Assembly: GCA_002269645.1 (NCBI GenBank)
Contig: NIVC01000352.1
Span: forward strand, 310,001-374,000
Direction of reading: 5' to 3'
DNA length: 64,000 bases
Source of the DNA: Macrostomum lignano
Lineage: Eukaryota
In this document: piece by piece, positions 1 to 13,764 of the stretch
How positions within the stretch are numbered: the first letter of the stretch is position 1
Layout of the letters: every line of letters starts with the position of its first letter
Program-made: the position numbers and the translations under genes
The notes under the pieces: generated by a model
Seen by the model: only the letters and a program-made list of their open reading frames with translations
Database searches by the model: none
Told to the model about the DNA's origin: nothing

Positions 1-1
1 C

Positions 2-86
<85 letters not shown>

Positions 87-120
87 ATCTGAGCATCTGT
101 CTGTCTGTTTGTCTGCCTGT
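1..120. repeat. (CTGT)n microsatellite, runs off window start
   Basis: Direct: ~20 perfect CTGT units, then degenerate. Confidence 0.97.
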
Positions 121-973
121 CTTAGTGTCTGTTTGTCACAGTGTCAGTCTATGGACTTATCTTTTCATCTTCCCTGTATTTGAGTGTCTCCCCAGCTGTC
201 TTCAATCCTACACCATATGATTCATCAAGATTTTCGGCACTTCATCATAAAAATATTTTATTTCCTAATTTTTTACGCGGCTTTGCTTTTCTGTTTCCTG
301 CGCTTCAAAAAATGGTGCTTTTTGCTGGATTTTGCCGCCTCCTTGCACACACGAAACCCAGCCAGTCGGATCCGGGTTGTTTTCAGCCATGTTCGACTGT
401 CCTGCTATGATTTACTGCGACAATAATATTTATTGTAATTTTTATTGCACTATGGCGGCTGCCTGGCATTTTTATATTGCATACAAAAACTAATGGCTGA
501 CAATAAAGATTGTAATTTTTCCCGCTATGAAGACTCGGTTTTCTGATGTTTACCTGACAGTAATTCCTTGGATTGCCCATTCGCCTTTGCCAGCTGTCCG
601 CAATATATAATTCGGTCTGGTTGCTGACAGCTCACACTTTTGTTTTAATTTGAGGAAAAGTTAGCTATTAACTATTTTAATGAATTGGTTTTTAATTCAA
701 AAGTGATTACTGTTCTGAACGTAATAAAATAAAGGTGCACGAATTCTGGGTAATATTATATTACTTGTGTTTTTACGGATATTTTTACTATCATAAAATA
801 TTAGAAAAATGTTGACGCTTAAAAGTCCCAGTGTCAAGAATATTAGTGAAATCTAAATATCGTTTTCATCCATTTTCCTGCATTGCAGTTTATGGCCACG
901 CTGACTATGATATTATAGAAAATATTTGACTTCCTTATTTCAACCGATCGCCAGCTTGAAAGCTCGGATAGCG

Positions 974-2919
<1,946 letters not shown>

Positions 2920-2979
2920 ACATGCAGAGCTCAAGTTCAAAATAATTCACTGGGCAGTATTGATGGGCCATCGACAAAC

Positions 2980-3120
2980 AGGTCGGTAGATAGACAGACA
3001 TATCGGTAGATACAGACATTTAGATAGCAGACATATCTGTTGGTAGATAGACAGACATTTCGGTAGATATACAGACATTTCAGTAGATAGACAGACATCT
3101 CGGTAGATAGACAGACACAG
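2980..3120. repeat. Imperfect ~20-bp repeat (cggtagatagacagacat) downstream of Phafin stop
   Basis: About 6 degenerate copies. Confidence 0.8.
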
Positions 3121-3649
3121 AAATAAAAGCGCCCGAAACCCAGAGCAATACTTACACTAGTTATAAAAATGATGAGAAAATCGAACCCATGCGATATTAA
3201 AATTCATATTTCTGTCCAAGCTCTAACTAGCGATCCCTTGTGCCACTATGAATTGAATAATTTAAGTCAGTATTCCGATTGACATTGAATTCGATTTGTG
3301 AATCTCATTTCTTGTATTCACTGGCTTGCGGAATATTCATTATCAGTACAAAATGTTTAACTATTTTATCAGCAGATATTTTTATTTATAACCTACCGAT
3401 TATTATTTAATTATTTTAAAGTTTTCCAATACATTGACGCATCAAATAAGATTAAATAATATTTTACATTACATTTCTCAGTAATATACTTTCTTAATAG
3501 ACTTGCTAGACATCCTCGGTGCTTGTTTGCTAATATATTTTGTCTGCACATTTCTAATGAGATTATCAAACATGTTTTGCCTCGTCTCTTGATTTGGCCA
3601 AATTTTCATCTGTTCTTTACATATTGAAATTGTTTTCCAATTAATTTCT

Positions 3650-3915
3650 TGGGGCGGATTTAGCCAGGGGGCGGATTTAGTCAAGGGCGGATTCAATCAG
3701 GGGGCGGGTTTAGTCAGTTATGTAATTAGTGAGGGGCGGATTTAGTCACGGAGTGGATTTAGTAAGGGGGCGGATTTAGTCAAGGGGCGGATTTAGTCAG
3801 GGAGTGGAATTAGTGAAGAGGGCGGGGCGGGTTTTATCAGGGTGGATTTAGTCAAGGGGTGGATTTATTCAGGGAGTGGAATTTTTTAAGGGGGCGCGGC
3901 GGATTTAGTCAGGCT
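3650..3915. repeat. Degenerate repeat of ggggcggatttagtca (GC-box-containing)
   Basis: A dozen or more variable copies. Confidence 0.8.
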
Positions 3916-4094
3916 GGTCTCGGCGGGGAGTAAAGTTTATGATTTAATGCCGCATAACTCATAAAATCAAAGTACTTCAAAGTATGAATGAATTGAGATG
4001 AAAGAACTACTTTTTAACCTTTAGGTTTAGCAACTAGACATGGTGAAGAGAGTTAAATATTAATAGTAATATTTTCAGGGCTTCGGGCACCTGG

Positions 4095-4270
4095 CGTCCC
4101 ACAACCAGCACTGAGGCAATTCTGCCCGTTCCGTTGACACCTGAGCACATGCAAGCGCACCAATACTGCACACAGGCCCCCAGCGGCCCTGACTTTCTAA
4201 TCGTCAGGCATGTACACTCTCTGTGTCTTGGCGGTGGCCCTCATGACAGCTGTGAATCGCACGACAACCT
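4095..4270 (-). mobile_element. SINE family A body fragment
   Basis: Shares ggcaattctgccc..cagcggccctgacttt.taatcgtcaggcatgtacact..ggccctcatg with copies at 6.2, 23.8 and 40.5 kb. Confidence 0.8.
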
Positions 4271-4572
4271 TTTAGGCCAAATTTTCATAATGTGTTTTTT
4301 ATTGTTAAAGTTGAAGTCACTTTTTCCTAAGTCGAATGCACGCAATTTCACTGATTCCGCCACAGTTGGCCATAGACATTGCCGGATGCTTAATGTTCTG
4401 TCTATGGGCTGGCCAAAACTGAAGTCACTTTCGCCAATAGTCGGAATTGAAATGGCTGGTATATTTAGCTGACTCGGTATTCTGATAGCTTATTCACAAA
4501 GCTAAACTTGACTAGCCAAAGCAAACACTCGATCGCATACCGGTGGTACACGTGACACGCCAAAAGCTAACG

Positions 4573-7500
4573 ATGCGCAGGGAGCAATCGGCTGCACTGG
4601 CTACCTCCAGTTGCGTCGTTCAAATCGCTTCCGACAGCCTGTCGCAGCAGATCGCGCCGCCCTCGCCGTCACAACAGCCGCCGTTGCCACCCCCGCAATC
4701 TTTCGTTCAGCTGGCGACGTCGGTGGCTGACGGACTGCAGCAGCAGAGGAAGCAGCAGAAGCAGCCGCAGGAGCACAGAACCAGGCGATCGGGACGGCGG
4801 CCGAGTCGTCGGCAGCCTCATCATGAGCAGCAGCCACCGCCACCATCCCAGACTGACTGCAACAACTCCAGCCAAGGCTTCGTGCTGATCCGTAGCAAGC
4901 CGCTGCACCGCCAGCTGCGCTCCGCCGATAGCGTCGCCTGCTTCGCCGGACGAGGTCGGCGCGCCGGCAGAGGCTGCGTGACGGGACCAGCCTGGGGTGT
5001 CGCCTACTACGTGCTGCTGGTGATCGTGGGCACCTCCGGGCTGCTGCTGGCCACGGACCTGCTGTACCTGACCAGGCACTGCTCAGCCGTGTTCATGCTG
5101 ATCTCGGCCTGCCTGCTCAGCCTCACCGTGGCCACTTTCTGCCAGTCGGCCTGCCGCGATCCCGGCATCATCCCCCGGTCCACTATGGACGAGGCGGCCG
5201 TCAATGTACAGGAGATTGCGGCCAGCTCGAGCCGGTGAGGGGCCAAATTGGGGCAGAGGCAAGGTTGTGCACGAAATCTGCGTATTGTGTGTGCCCAGGA
5301 GCCAGCGGAATGGGAGTCAGAAGTCTTCATGCAAAAATATATTCCCCTAATTATTTTTTTAAAGGCAGGGGATGTGTGCGCCCTTACGCACTTTAAGCCA
5401 CATTGTCGCACAACCGACTGGCATTCCACCGACTCCCCTGAGTAGGCACACAAGCACCAGGACTACTTAAGTAGATGGACGGGAAACTAAGTTTCTAGAA
5501 AAGTTTAGGAGGCTGGCTTTATCGAAAAAGTACATTACGAAGATAGAGTTCTTCATTTTTTCAGCACGAAAATTATTATTTCTTCTGATAGGAGGCAGAC
5601 ACAATCATGCCTCCTGCAAGTGCATGAATAAGAATATTGATTAATTTATGGACATCAATAGAGCTATAAGAAACGCAAGACCACAGAATATACTGACATC
5701 AAAATATGAAAATTGGGTCTCCCTTTACGACGATCAAAAGCAATATCAATTTTAGTGCTGAAAAAAGAAAACTACTCATCTCCATAATGTATGTTTGGTA
5801 AAACATGCCTCCAAAAAACGTAGTTTTGTCCTACTTGAGTAGTCCATGACTAGCGCGCGGATACGTACGCAGTCACACGCACAGGCACACACTCACACAG
5901 GAGTGCACAGCGGCCCTAACTCTATGTATCGTTAGGCATGTACGCTTCACTGTGCTTTGGGATTTGGCCCTCAATGCCGTTAATTGCACGAGCAGAGCCA
6001 AGTCGAGATTCCAATTCAGCCCCAAATTCATGTGACTGCACTTGGAATCGAGCCTGGGCCGCTGGTAAATAAGAGCGCCGCGCCGGGCTACGGCGACCCC
6101 CATCATAATACCCTGAAACCCAGTTTGGCGCTCAGCCTGGCTACTCATTTTGACATCGCAGCATTTTTTTTTATTAGAGGCAGGGGGGTTGTGTGCACCC
6201 TGGCGCACTTTAGGCGACATAGGCACACAACCGGCGAGAGGCATTACTGCCCATTCCGCCGACTCCCCTGAGCAGGCATACAAGCGCGCGGATACGTACG
6301 CAGGCACACACTCACACAGGAGTGTACAGCGGCCCTAACTTTATCAATTGTTAGGCATGTACACTTCACTGCGCCTTGGGGGGTTGGCTCTCAAGGCCGT
6401 TAATTGCAGAAGCGAGCCAAGCCGAAATTCCAATTCAGCCCCAAATTAATGTGGCTGCACTTGGAATCGAGCCTGGGTCGCTGGCACACCAGAGCAGCTG
6501 CGCTACCGCTGGGCTACGGCCCCCTGACATCGCAGCATAATTTCAGCAAGCAAGACGGGAAACCTAGCTGTGTCCCCTTTCTGGCAAAGCCCCTGTCTGT
6601 TCCTTACATGCAATCGAAAATTAAATTTTGAAAAATAACCCCCCTTAATCTTCCCCAGGAACCGGGTGCAGCGCAACTTGCGCAAACTGCTCAAAACCTA
6701 CAAGCGCAAGATTGCATTTCGCAATCACGAGATTGAGCAGAAATTCTGCCACACCTGCTTCATCTGGCGGCCGCCCCGATCGTCCCACTGCGGCACCTGC
6801 AACAACTGCGTGGCCAAGTTTGACCACCACTGCCCCTGGCTTGGCAACTGCGTTGGTTTAGGCAACTACAGGCAGTACCTGACTTTCCTCATCTGTCTGA
6901 GTCTGCACTGCATCCTGTCCGTCTTTTTCTGCATTGTCAAGCAGGTGATGCATTAAAAAGCGAAGCGTTTTCTCTCAGATGTGGAATTTAGATCGCTGGC
7001 CCTGAAAAGATTGAGGGCAGAGTGGCTCATTGGGTAATTGGGGGCAGAGTGGCTCATTGGGTAATTAGGGGGGCCAGAGTGGCTCATTGGGTAATTGGGG
7101 GAGGGGGGCAGAGTAGCTCATTGGGTAATTAGGGGGGCAGAGTAGCTCATTGGGTAATTAGGGGGGCCAGAGTGGCTCATTGGGTATTTGGGGGGGGGAG
7201 GGGCAGAGTAGCTCATTGGGTAATCGGGGGCAGAGTGGCTCATTGGGTAATAGGGGGGCAGAGTGGCTCATTGGGTAATTGGGGGGGGGCAGAGTAGCTC
7301 ATTGGGTAATTGGGGGGCAGAGTAAGCTCATTGGGTAATTGGGGGGGCAGAGTGGCTCATTGGGTAATTGGGGGAGGGGGGCAGAGTGGCTCATTGGGTA
7401 ATTGGGGGGGGCAGAGTAGCTCATTGGGTAATTGGGGGGGGCAGAGTAGCTCATCGGGTAATTGGGGGGGCAGAGTAGCTCATTGGGTAATTGGGGGGGG

Positions 7501-8141
7501 GGCAGAGTAGCTCATTGGGTAATGGGGCCGACTCTCGAACGAAGATGACAGGATTTGAATCCGGGCGTGAAAATAATCCTGGCGCTTGTCGTTCGGCTCA
7601 CGGCCATGAGGGGACCTAATCCGTAATTTACGAGTATGCATGTATTTCAATATAGTGTCAACTTTTGACCATGAAGGTCAGGGGCTGCTGTACATCCTTC
7701 GCCTACTGTCAGCGGATCGACCTTGCCGCATTGATTTGCGACAGCATGCAAGGCTCCATCTGTACATAGCTCGTAATTAACCAACTAACCGCTTAGCCCC
7801 GCCTCAACACCCGCGAATGCCGATACCGCACAGGTGGTGTACTTCCGCCGGCAGGCAGAGTTCACGGCCGTCTCGATGACCAACCTGCTGCCCAGTGTGG
7901 TGTGCAGCCTGCTGGCAGTCGGGGCCTGGCATTCGCCAGCAACCTGCTGCAGTACCACTGCGAGATCATGATCAAGGGTCTGACAACCCGCGAGGACGAG
8001 AAGTCGGACGACCTGTTCCGGGACGGTGTTAACTACTTCAGACGGCCGGGCGGATTTTTAGAACACCTACGCGACGCGATGCTGAGCAACCAGCTGCCGT
8101 CTGTCTTCAAAGCGAGGCGCGCCCGCTCGTCAAAGAAGTGA
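4573..8141 (+). CDS. DHHC palmitoyltransferase (ZDHHC9/14/18, Erf2-like), 3 exons, apparent 1-nt frameshift in exon 3
   Basis: Exons 4573-5234, 6659-6944, 7834-8141. Motifs RDPGIIPR; [44 protein letters not shown]; [10 protein letters not shown] (TTxE). The frame breaks at the G4 run 7921-7924. Confidence 0.88.
5345..6100 (-). mobile_element. SINE family A copy split by a foldback MITE
   Basis: Tail part 5345-5455 and body plus tRNA-like head 5850-6100 together match the intact copy at 6165-6524. Confidence 0.8.
5459..5845. mobile_element. Foldback/MITE with long imperfect terminal inverted repeats
   Basis: Left ggactacttaagtag..ggaggc..tacattacgaagat..ttttcagcac; right gtgctgaaaa..ctccataatgta..gcctcc..ctacttgagtagtcc (reverse complements). 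Confidence 0.8.
6165..6524 (-). mobile_element. Full-length tRNA-derived SINE (family A)
   Basis: Minus-strand head ggggccgtagcccagcggtagcgc (A box) and ggctcgattcc (B box); A-rich tail; perfect 14-bp TSD tgacatcgcagcat at 6151-6164 and 6525-6538. Confidence 0.92.
7012..7525. repeat. ~27-30 bp G-rich minisatellite in DHHC intron 2
   Basis: Units of ggggcagagt(g/a)gctcattgggtaatt with variable G runs. Confidence 0.95.
7540..7720 (+). mobile_element. Diverged SINE family A-like copy
   Basis: ggatttgaatcc B-box-like; ggccatgaggg and ggtcaggggctgctgtaca motifs shared with family A. Confidence 0.5.
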
Positions 8142-8724
8142 CTCTTTGACTAATGTAGATTCTAACAAGTAACTATGCTGTTATCAAGTTGAAATTATAT
8201 CAGTAATGCAAATATCTTAATAATTACACACAGATTATAGACCGGAATCCAGAATAGAACCTAACAGCGTGTGAATACAAAATGTTTCTAAAATCGTTTG
8301 TTTGTAAACCATAATACATGTTTAGCTAGGTGTCAGCAAGCAAACACCCGTGGAAACCGCGAGAAACACGAGAAAAGGTAGTACAACAGCTTGCGAGTGG
8401 TGGCCGCGACTGCAGAATAACAAACTGTACTTCGTTAAATTACAACTGTGGTTGTGCCTTTTACTCGTAACAAGAGAGCAGAGCCTTAAAACAGCTTGGC
8501 TTGACCTGCAGTCTGTGGGAGACTGCAGCTTGGAAGTGGCTTTATTGTCTATGGCCGAGGGCAGTCCATTGCAGTCGCTGCTACAAGTACTGCAGCTGTT
8601 GTTGATGCTCACTCGACCCAACCTCCAGCTTCTGGACCGACCAGGGCGGCTGCTTCTTCCACAACTCGTACCGCAGCGCATCATCGGAGTGTTCACAAAC
8701 TTCCTACTTCCTACTAAGGGATTC

Positions 8725-8905
8725 TAGCCTAGTGGGTTAGAGCGTCGGATTCCCAATCCCACTTGGAACAATTTTTGTCCTTGAGCAAGACTCTTAACTC
8801 TGCATTGCTTCAGTTCACCCAGCTGTAAAATGGGTGCCAGCATTAGCTGGGGTAATTGAGGATGTGTGGCAACCCCCCCACCCCCAGTCCTTGGACTGAA
8901 CAGCC
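8725..8905 (+). mobile_element. SINE family B (CORE-like), head internally deleted
   Basis: tagcctagtgggttagagcg A box; gtccttgagcaagactcttaactctgcattgcttcagttcacccagctgtaaaatggg; homologous to 42.4 and 62.0 kb. Confidence 0.85.
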
Positions 8906-9916
8906 GTACGGGAAGGTATGAGGAAGCGAACACTTCTCGAATCTCGACAGGTTTTGTCCGAGCTGCGCTCACAAGTTTATCAAGCTGTTTTTTTCATGAA
9001 CTGCTGCCGGAGACCGGCAAGCAAGCAAAGTTGCGGCGAAATTGCAGCCGCTCCTGTCTTTTTAGGGTATTTTTGGACCAACTGTCTTAATTCTGTGTTG
9101 AGACAAAGACTAACAGGAAGGGAAAAGCACTTATACATGAGCATGTAACACTTAACGCATAACACTCAGTCAATGCAGCAGGATTATGAGTTGATCATTT
9201 ATTATAGTAATAGAAATTAATTAATAATAGTAATTTAAAAAATGCTCAAATGAACGCGTTTATATTTAATGTTGTTATTTATACCCAGTTTGAAGATAGA
9301 ACTGCTCATTACGATTATCATTGCAATTATCGTAACTAAGCATATCTGGCAGCGTTATCAACATGTACAGGTAAATGTTATGGTGCAAACAAAAATATAT
9401 TGACATTTATGACTATTGATTAACTACAGATGAGCGCCATAAGTACATTATATTATTGCACTGAATGTTGCCAGCCCATTCCCCAAACTTATTATGTAAG
9501 ATAATTAATTAATATTCATAGTCGTATCAATTGAAAGCGGCATGCAAGGCGAAAGGAAATTTACTTACTAAGATTTTTGAATAATAATAGTAAAATTATA
9601 ACTATATAAGGCTGCGCCTCGAAACTGGGCAGGATTTGCTTATAATGCAACGGAAATATAATAATAACTGTAGTATATGAAGGAGTTAAACGGAAATACG
9701 CCTGGGGGGAAGCCAAAGCAGAGTTTAAGAGAGAGGAAAAACTCAATCTGGAATTCTTTGTGTCAATGCCCAGCCAACTGCAACGCGAAACGGGTCCCTT
9801 GATAACTGAGTCTACCACAAATATTGAATGTTAGCCCTATTCTTTGCCATGTTAATAATATCTGTTAACTTGCCAATGCTTGCATTAGTTTCAAACTGTG
9901 ATTTTCTTGACGACAA

Positions 9917-11313
9917 CTACTGGCTGGATTGCGAATCTTCAGACTGTTGAGCCGGCTGATGCTGCACATGCTGGGCCACCACCGGCTGGTCCGGGTGCGT
10001 CACCTGCCAGGGTTATTGGACTGTAAGTCAGCACTTGATACAGTCAGCCCTGCTATCTGAGTCTGCTTTTCCGCTCTCTGAGTCTGAATCTCCGCTCTCT
10101 GAGACTGCCTTTCCGCTCTCTGAGTCTGCCTTTCCGCTCTCTGAGTCTGAATCTCCGCTCTCTGAGTCTGAATCTCCGCTCTCCGAATCTGCCTCTCCAC
10201 TCCCTGAATCTGCCTTTCCGCTCTCTGAATCTGCCTTTCCACTCCTTGAATCTGCCTTTCCGCTCTCTGAATCTGCCTTTCCACTCCCTGAATCTGCCTT
10301 TCCACTCCCTGAATCTGCCTTTCCACTCCCTGAATCTGCCTTTCCACTCCCTGAATCTGCCTTTCCGCTCTCTGAATCTGCCTTTCCACTCCCTGAATCT
10401 GCCTTTCCACTCCCTGAATCTGCCTCTCCACTCTCTGAATCTGCCTCTCCACTCCCTGAATCTGCCTCTCCACTCCCTGAATCTGCCTTTCCAATCCCTG
10501 AATCTGCCTTTCCAATCCCTGAATCTGCCTTTCCACTCTCTGAATCTGCCTCTCCACTCCCTGAATCTGCCTTTCCACTCTCTGAATCTGCCTTCCACTC
10601 CCTGAATCTGCCTCTCCACTCCCTGAATCTGCCTTTCCAATCCCTGAATCTGCCTCTCCACGCCCTGAATCTGCCTCTCCACTCCCTGAATCTGCCTTTC
10701 CAATCCCTGAATCTGCCTCTCCACGCCCTGAATCTGCCTCTCCACTCCCTGAATCTGCCTCTCCACGCCCTGAATCTGCCTCTCCACGCCCTGAATCTGC
10801 CTCTCCATGCCCTGAATCTGCCTTTCCAATCCCTGAATTCGCCTCTCCACGCCCTGAATCTGCCTTTCCACTCCCTGAATCTGCCTCTCCACTGCCTGAA
10901 TCTGCCTCTTCACTCCCTGAATTGCCTCTCCACTCACTGACTGTCTCTCAGCTCCCCTGCAGAAATCAACACCCCTACAAGATCACCTGGTGCTGATCCG
11001 CAGGGCAGCAGTTCACGGAGGACTTCTTGCGCACAGCTGGCACATTATCGGGCGTCGGTATGGTTTCGCCCGTGCTCTCCTGCAGCATCTCCTTCTCCTG
11101 AGTGGCCGGCAGTGGCGCCTTCTGATGCGACACCCGCGCCTTGGCCATGTTATAATCGCCGCTATCAAAATATTTATGGCCCTTGTTTAGCCGCTTCTGC
11201 AACACGGATGTGCCGATGCCTTTCCTGCCCAGATTGGGATATTTCTGGCGCAGTTTCTCCTCTTCGGCTTGCTCAACCGACTGGGCTGCGGCCACTGGCT
11301 CGCTGGCTGACAT
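9917..11313 (-). CDS. ENSA: Alpha-endosulfine / ARPP-19 (PP2A-B55 inhibitor), 2 exons
   Basis: Exon 1 11313-10987 has EEEKLRQKYP..LQKRL.KG.KYFDSGDYNMAKA (Greatwall site) and TGETIPTPDNVP.RK. Inferred exon 2 10003-9917 (VTHPDQP..SSQ*) is phase 0 after a cag acceptor. Confidence 0.9.
10058..10940. repeat. 21-bp minisatellite filling ENSA intron
   Basis: About 42 units of ctgaatctgcctttccactcc and variants. Confidence 0.96.
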
Positions 11314-11929
11314 TGCTGGAATTCAGAATTTCAAATAATTATATTTCTACTGTCAGTAGGGTAGAAGTATATTGATGAAAAAATAAGTTGTAATTTAGGA
11401 AGGCCAATTAACGGAATTAAAACGCTTCATATTTTCTACTGGTAAGACGGACTGGGTAAGCAGTCAGTTTTTATTTAATTTAAAAATACAAAATAACGTA
11501 TGTGGGAAAACTGCAGATATTAAACCACTATATGGACCACTCTGTTGCTATTCGATAAAATGCGGAGAAAAGCCTCTTCTCTAGCCGTAAAGTGGCCTAA
11601 GTAGTGTTTGAGCATTAGCAGTTTAACCGAGTTTAGCATTTCATAGGTAATGATTGTTAATTGTTAATACGAGTAGTTATAAATGATGTACTCAAATGGT
11701 TAAAATTTGATTAAAATTTCAGCTACTTAAAGCAGCAATAATCGCATCCGGCTTTTAACAAGCAGACCCATTAAATTTACATATTTTGCTTTTCTGAAGA
11801 TGCACCCAAACTTAGCGCGTGCAAATAGCGAGCAAAAGAGAAAAGGAGTGGCGCCCCAGCATCCATCAAGGCCGATAAACAGTTTAGTGTTTGACTGTCC
11901 TCCTGCCCGATGGTGTCTGACTTTGACCT

Positions 11930-12090
11930 CTCTCCTTACTGCTCTCTCATTGGCTGAGCTAGATTGGGCCTGCCCCTAGGCTGTCTCCTTACTGCTCTCT
12001 CATTGGTTGAGCTAGATTGCGCCTGCCCCCTAGGCTGTCTCCTTACTGCTCTCTCATTGGCTGAGCTAGATTAGGCCAGCCCCCTAGGAG
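11930..12090. repeat. ~54-bp triple repeat with ATTGG (CCAAT) motifs
   Basis: tctccttactgctctctcattggctgagctagattgggcctgccccctagg x3. Confidence 0.9.
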
Positions 12091-12206
12091 GGGGTTTCTT
12101 GCCTTTACTTGTGTACATCGAATTAAATGTTCATTCTTAACCCCATATGCCATATGCTCCGGAGGCCGCAAACCCGAGGAAGGAAAAGAAATTTTAGCTG
12201 TCACGT

Positions 12207-12755
12207 TTAGTTCGGCGGTTGAAAAACCTGTTGCCGGTAAAACTGCAGCTCCCGGATGCTCTCTTGAATGTCAGCCAGGGCTCGATGGGAGCCCAGCTTA
12301 GCCGGGGCTTGCAGGCCCGGATACCAGCGCTTGCAGAGCTCCTTCACCGTGCTTACATCAATGATTCGATAATGCAGCTGGGCCATAAAATCGGGCATGT
12401 ATTTGCGCAGGAATGCCGCGTCAACGTGAATAGAGTTGCCAGCCAGAGGGCAGGCGCCTCGAACAGTGTATTGCCTAACAAAGTCTAACATAGCTGACTG
12501 GGCCTCTGACAAGCTGGTGCGGCTGGCTCTACATCGCTCAGTCAGGCCAGACTTGCCGTGATGCTCAGTGCAACATTTGTCCATGCTGTTCAATAAGTTG
12601 CTCTCAATATGCAGCACCATTGTGGGAGCCTCGGCCAGGACATTGAGATCTTTATCAGTTACTAAGCAGGCCATTTCCATAATTTTATCGCGGTCAAGAT
12701 TCAGCCCAGTCATCTCTAGGTCAACCCAGACTATGTTTTGCATTGAGCTGCTCAT
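12207..12755 (-). CDS. REXO2: Oligoribonuclease (DEDDh), intronless, 182 aa
   Basis: VWVDLEMTGL, EMACLVTD, HHGKSGL, PLAGNSIHVD..FL, LHYRIIDVSTVKELC.RWYP, HRALADI.ESI.EL.FYR; closer to eukaryotic REXO2 than to bacterial Orn. Confidence 0.96.
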   Translation of the reverse strand: MSSSMQNIVWVDLEMTGLNLDRDKIMEMACLVTDKDLNVLAEAPTMVLHIESNLLNSMDKCCTEHHGKSGLTERCRASRTSLSEAQSAMLDFVRQYTVRGACPLAGNSIHVDAAFLRKYMPDFMAQLHYRIIDVSTVKELCKRWYPGLQAPAKLGSHRALADIQESIRELQFYRQQVFQPPN

Positions 12756-13294
12756 TAAAGCTGATTTAGCATGCGATTTTTTTGAGAAAAAGTTGTCAAT
12801 TTACAAGAATGTAAATTATTATGCAATGGACAATGAGTAGACATAGTAAAATTAATGTGTAATTTGGAAAGCTAAGCCAAGCATGCTCTATTCGATAGCA
12901 GAAGTGATTGCCGTATATCCAAATAGATATTTATGCTGCCTTAATATTGAATCAAGTTGTATATAATTTGTATTGCTTTCACTACTTTATATGTAAAAGG
13001 TAATACTATTTCTATAAAGTTCACATGCTTAAAACTATATTAGTTTATGAATATATCTTTCTTAGAAAAGCTCTTTTTAAGTTGCCACAATGTTTTAATG
13101 TACATAAAATTGAAAATATTGTAAATATTATAAATATAAGCTATTTATAAAAAGTTGTTTAAAAACTGCATTGAAAAATACTAAAAATACATAGGCTGCC
13201 AACAGCAACAACAAAATACACTTTGTGCCAGCCACAAGTGGCCATAGATAAGGGAAGTATTAGAACATGTTTTGGGTTGCATATCTAAAAAATT

Positions 13295-13760
13295 GGGTAA
13301 ATGAAAATTGCCTGCCAAGATTTGCCTATAGAAGATTTGCCCACTGAGCTTTTCTTACCAAGATTTGCCCAGAGTGCATTTTGCCTATGAGAAAAATTGC
13401 CTAAGGAGATTTGCCCACTAAGAATTGCCTACCAAGATTTGCCTGTGAGTGAATTGCTTACCAAGTTTTCCCCCTGAGGTTTGCCTGCAATACTTTTTCC
13501 TGCAGCACATTTGATAGCTTGATTCTATCTACAATACATTGCCCTCCCCCTCCCCCAAAATATGCATTTTATATGCAGTTACTATCAAAATATTTTGATT
13601 AGGTAAATCTCTTTATTAAGATTTACTAAGCATTGGAGAAAAAATGCAGACAAAATTTGCTATGTGGCTAAATGTGCTGCAAGAAAAGAGCACTGCATCT
13701 ATCTTGATAGGCAATTTGCTCATAGGCAAAATGCATAGCATAGCGAGTAAATCTTGGTGG
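13295..13760. mobile_element. Decayed MITE-like element with inverted ttgcc/ggcaa sub-repeats
   Basis: Many atttgcc(t/c)a units at 13295-13500 and reverse-complement ggcaa(a/t) units at 13700-13760. Confidence 0.45.
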
Positions 13761-13764
13761 GAAA

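Noticed and set aside
141-640. Possible minus-strand exons upstream of Phafin, including a GQSNM (SGNH-like) pentapeptide
   Set aside because: The GQSNM frame starts right after a stop, and no phase-consistent exon chain or recognisable domain could be built; the window edge limits checking.
6450-6524. tRNA-like sequences at 6.5, 23.75, 42.6, 54.75 and 62.2 kb as tRNA genes
   Set aside because: Four are heads of SINE families with shared bodies and the 54.75 kb one is only a B-box-like fragment; no complete cloverleaf acceptor stem is evident.
10000-10940. Coiled-coil-like ERQIQGV repeat ORFs
   Set aside because: Translation of the 21-bp intronic minisatellite; ENSA exon 1 and the inferred exon 2 flank it with proper splice sites.
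12207-12755. Intronless oligoribonuclease as bacterial HGT
   Set aside because: Sequence follows eukaryotic REXO2 (MACL, HHGKSGL, LHYRIIDVSTVKELC) rather than bacterial Orn.
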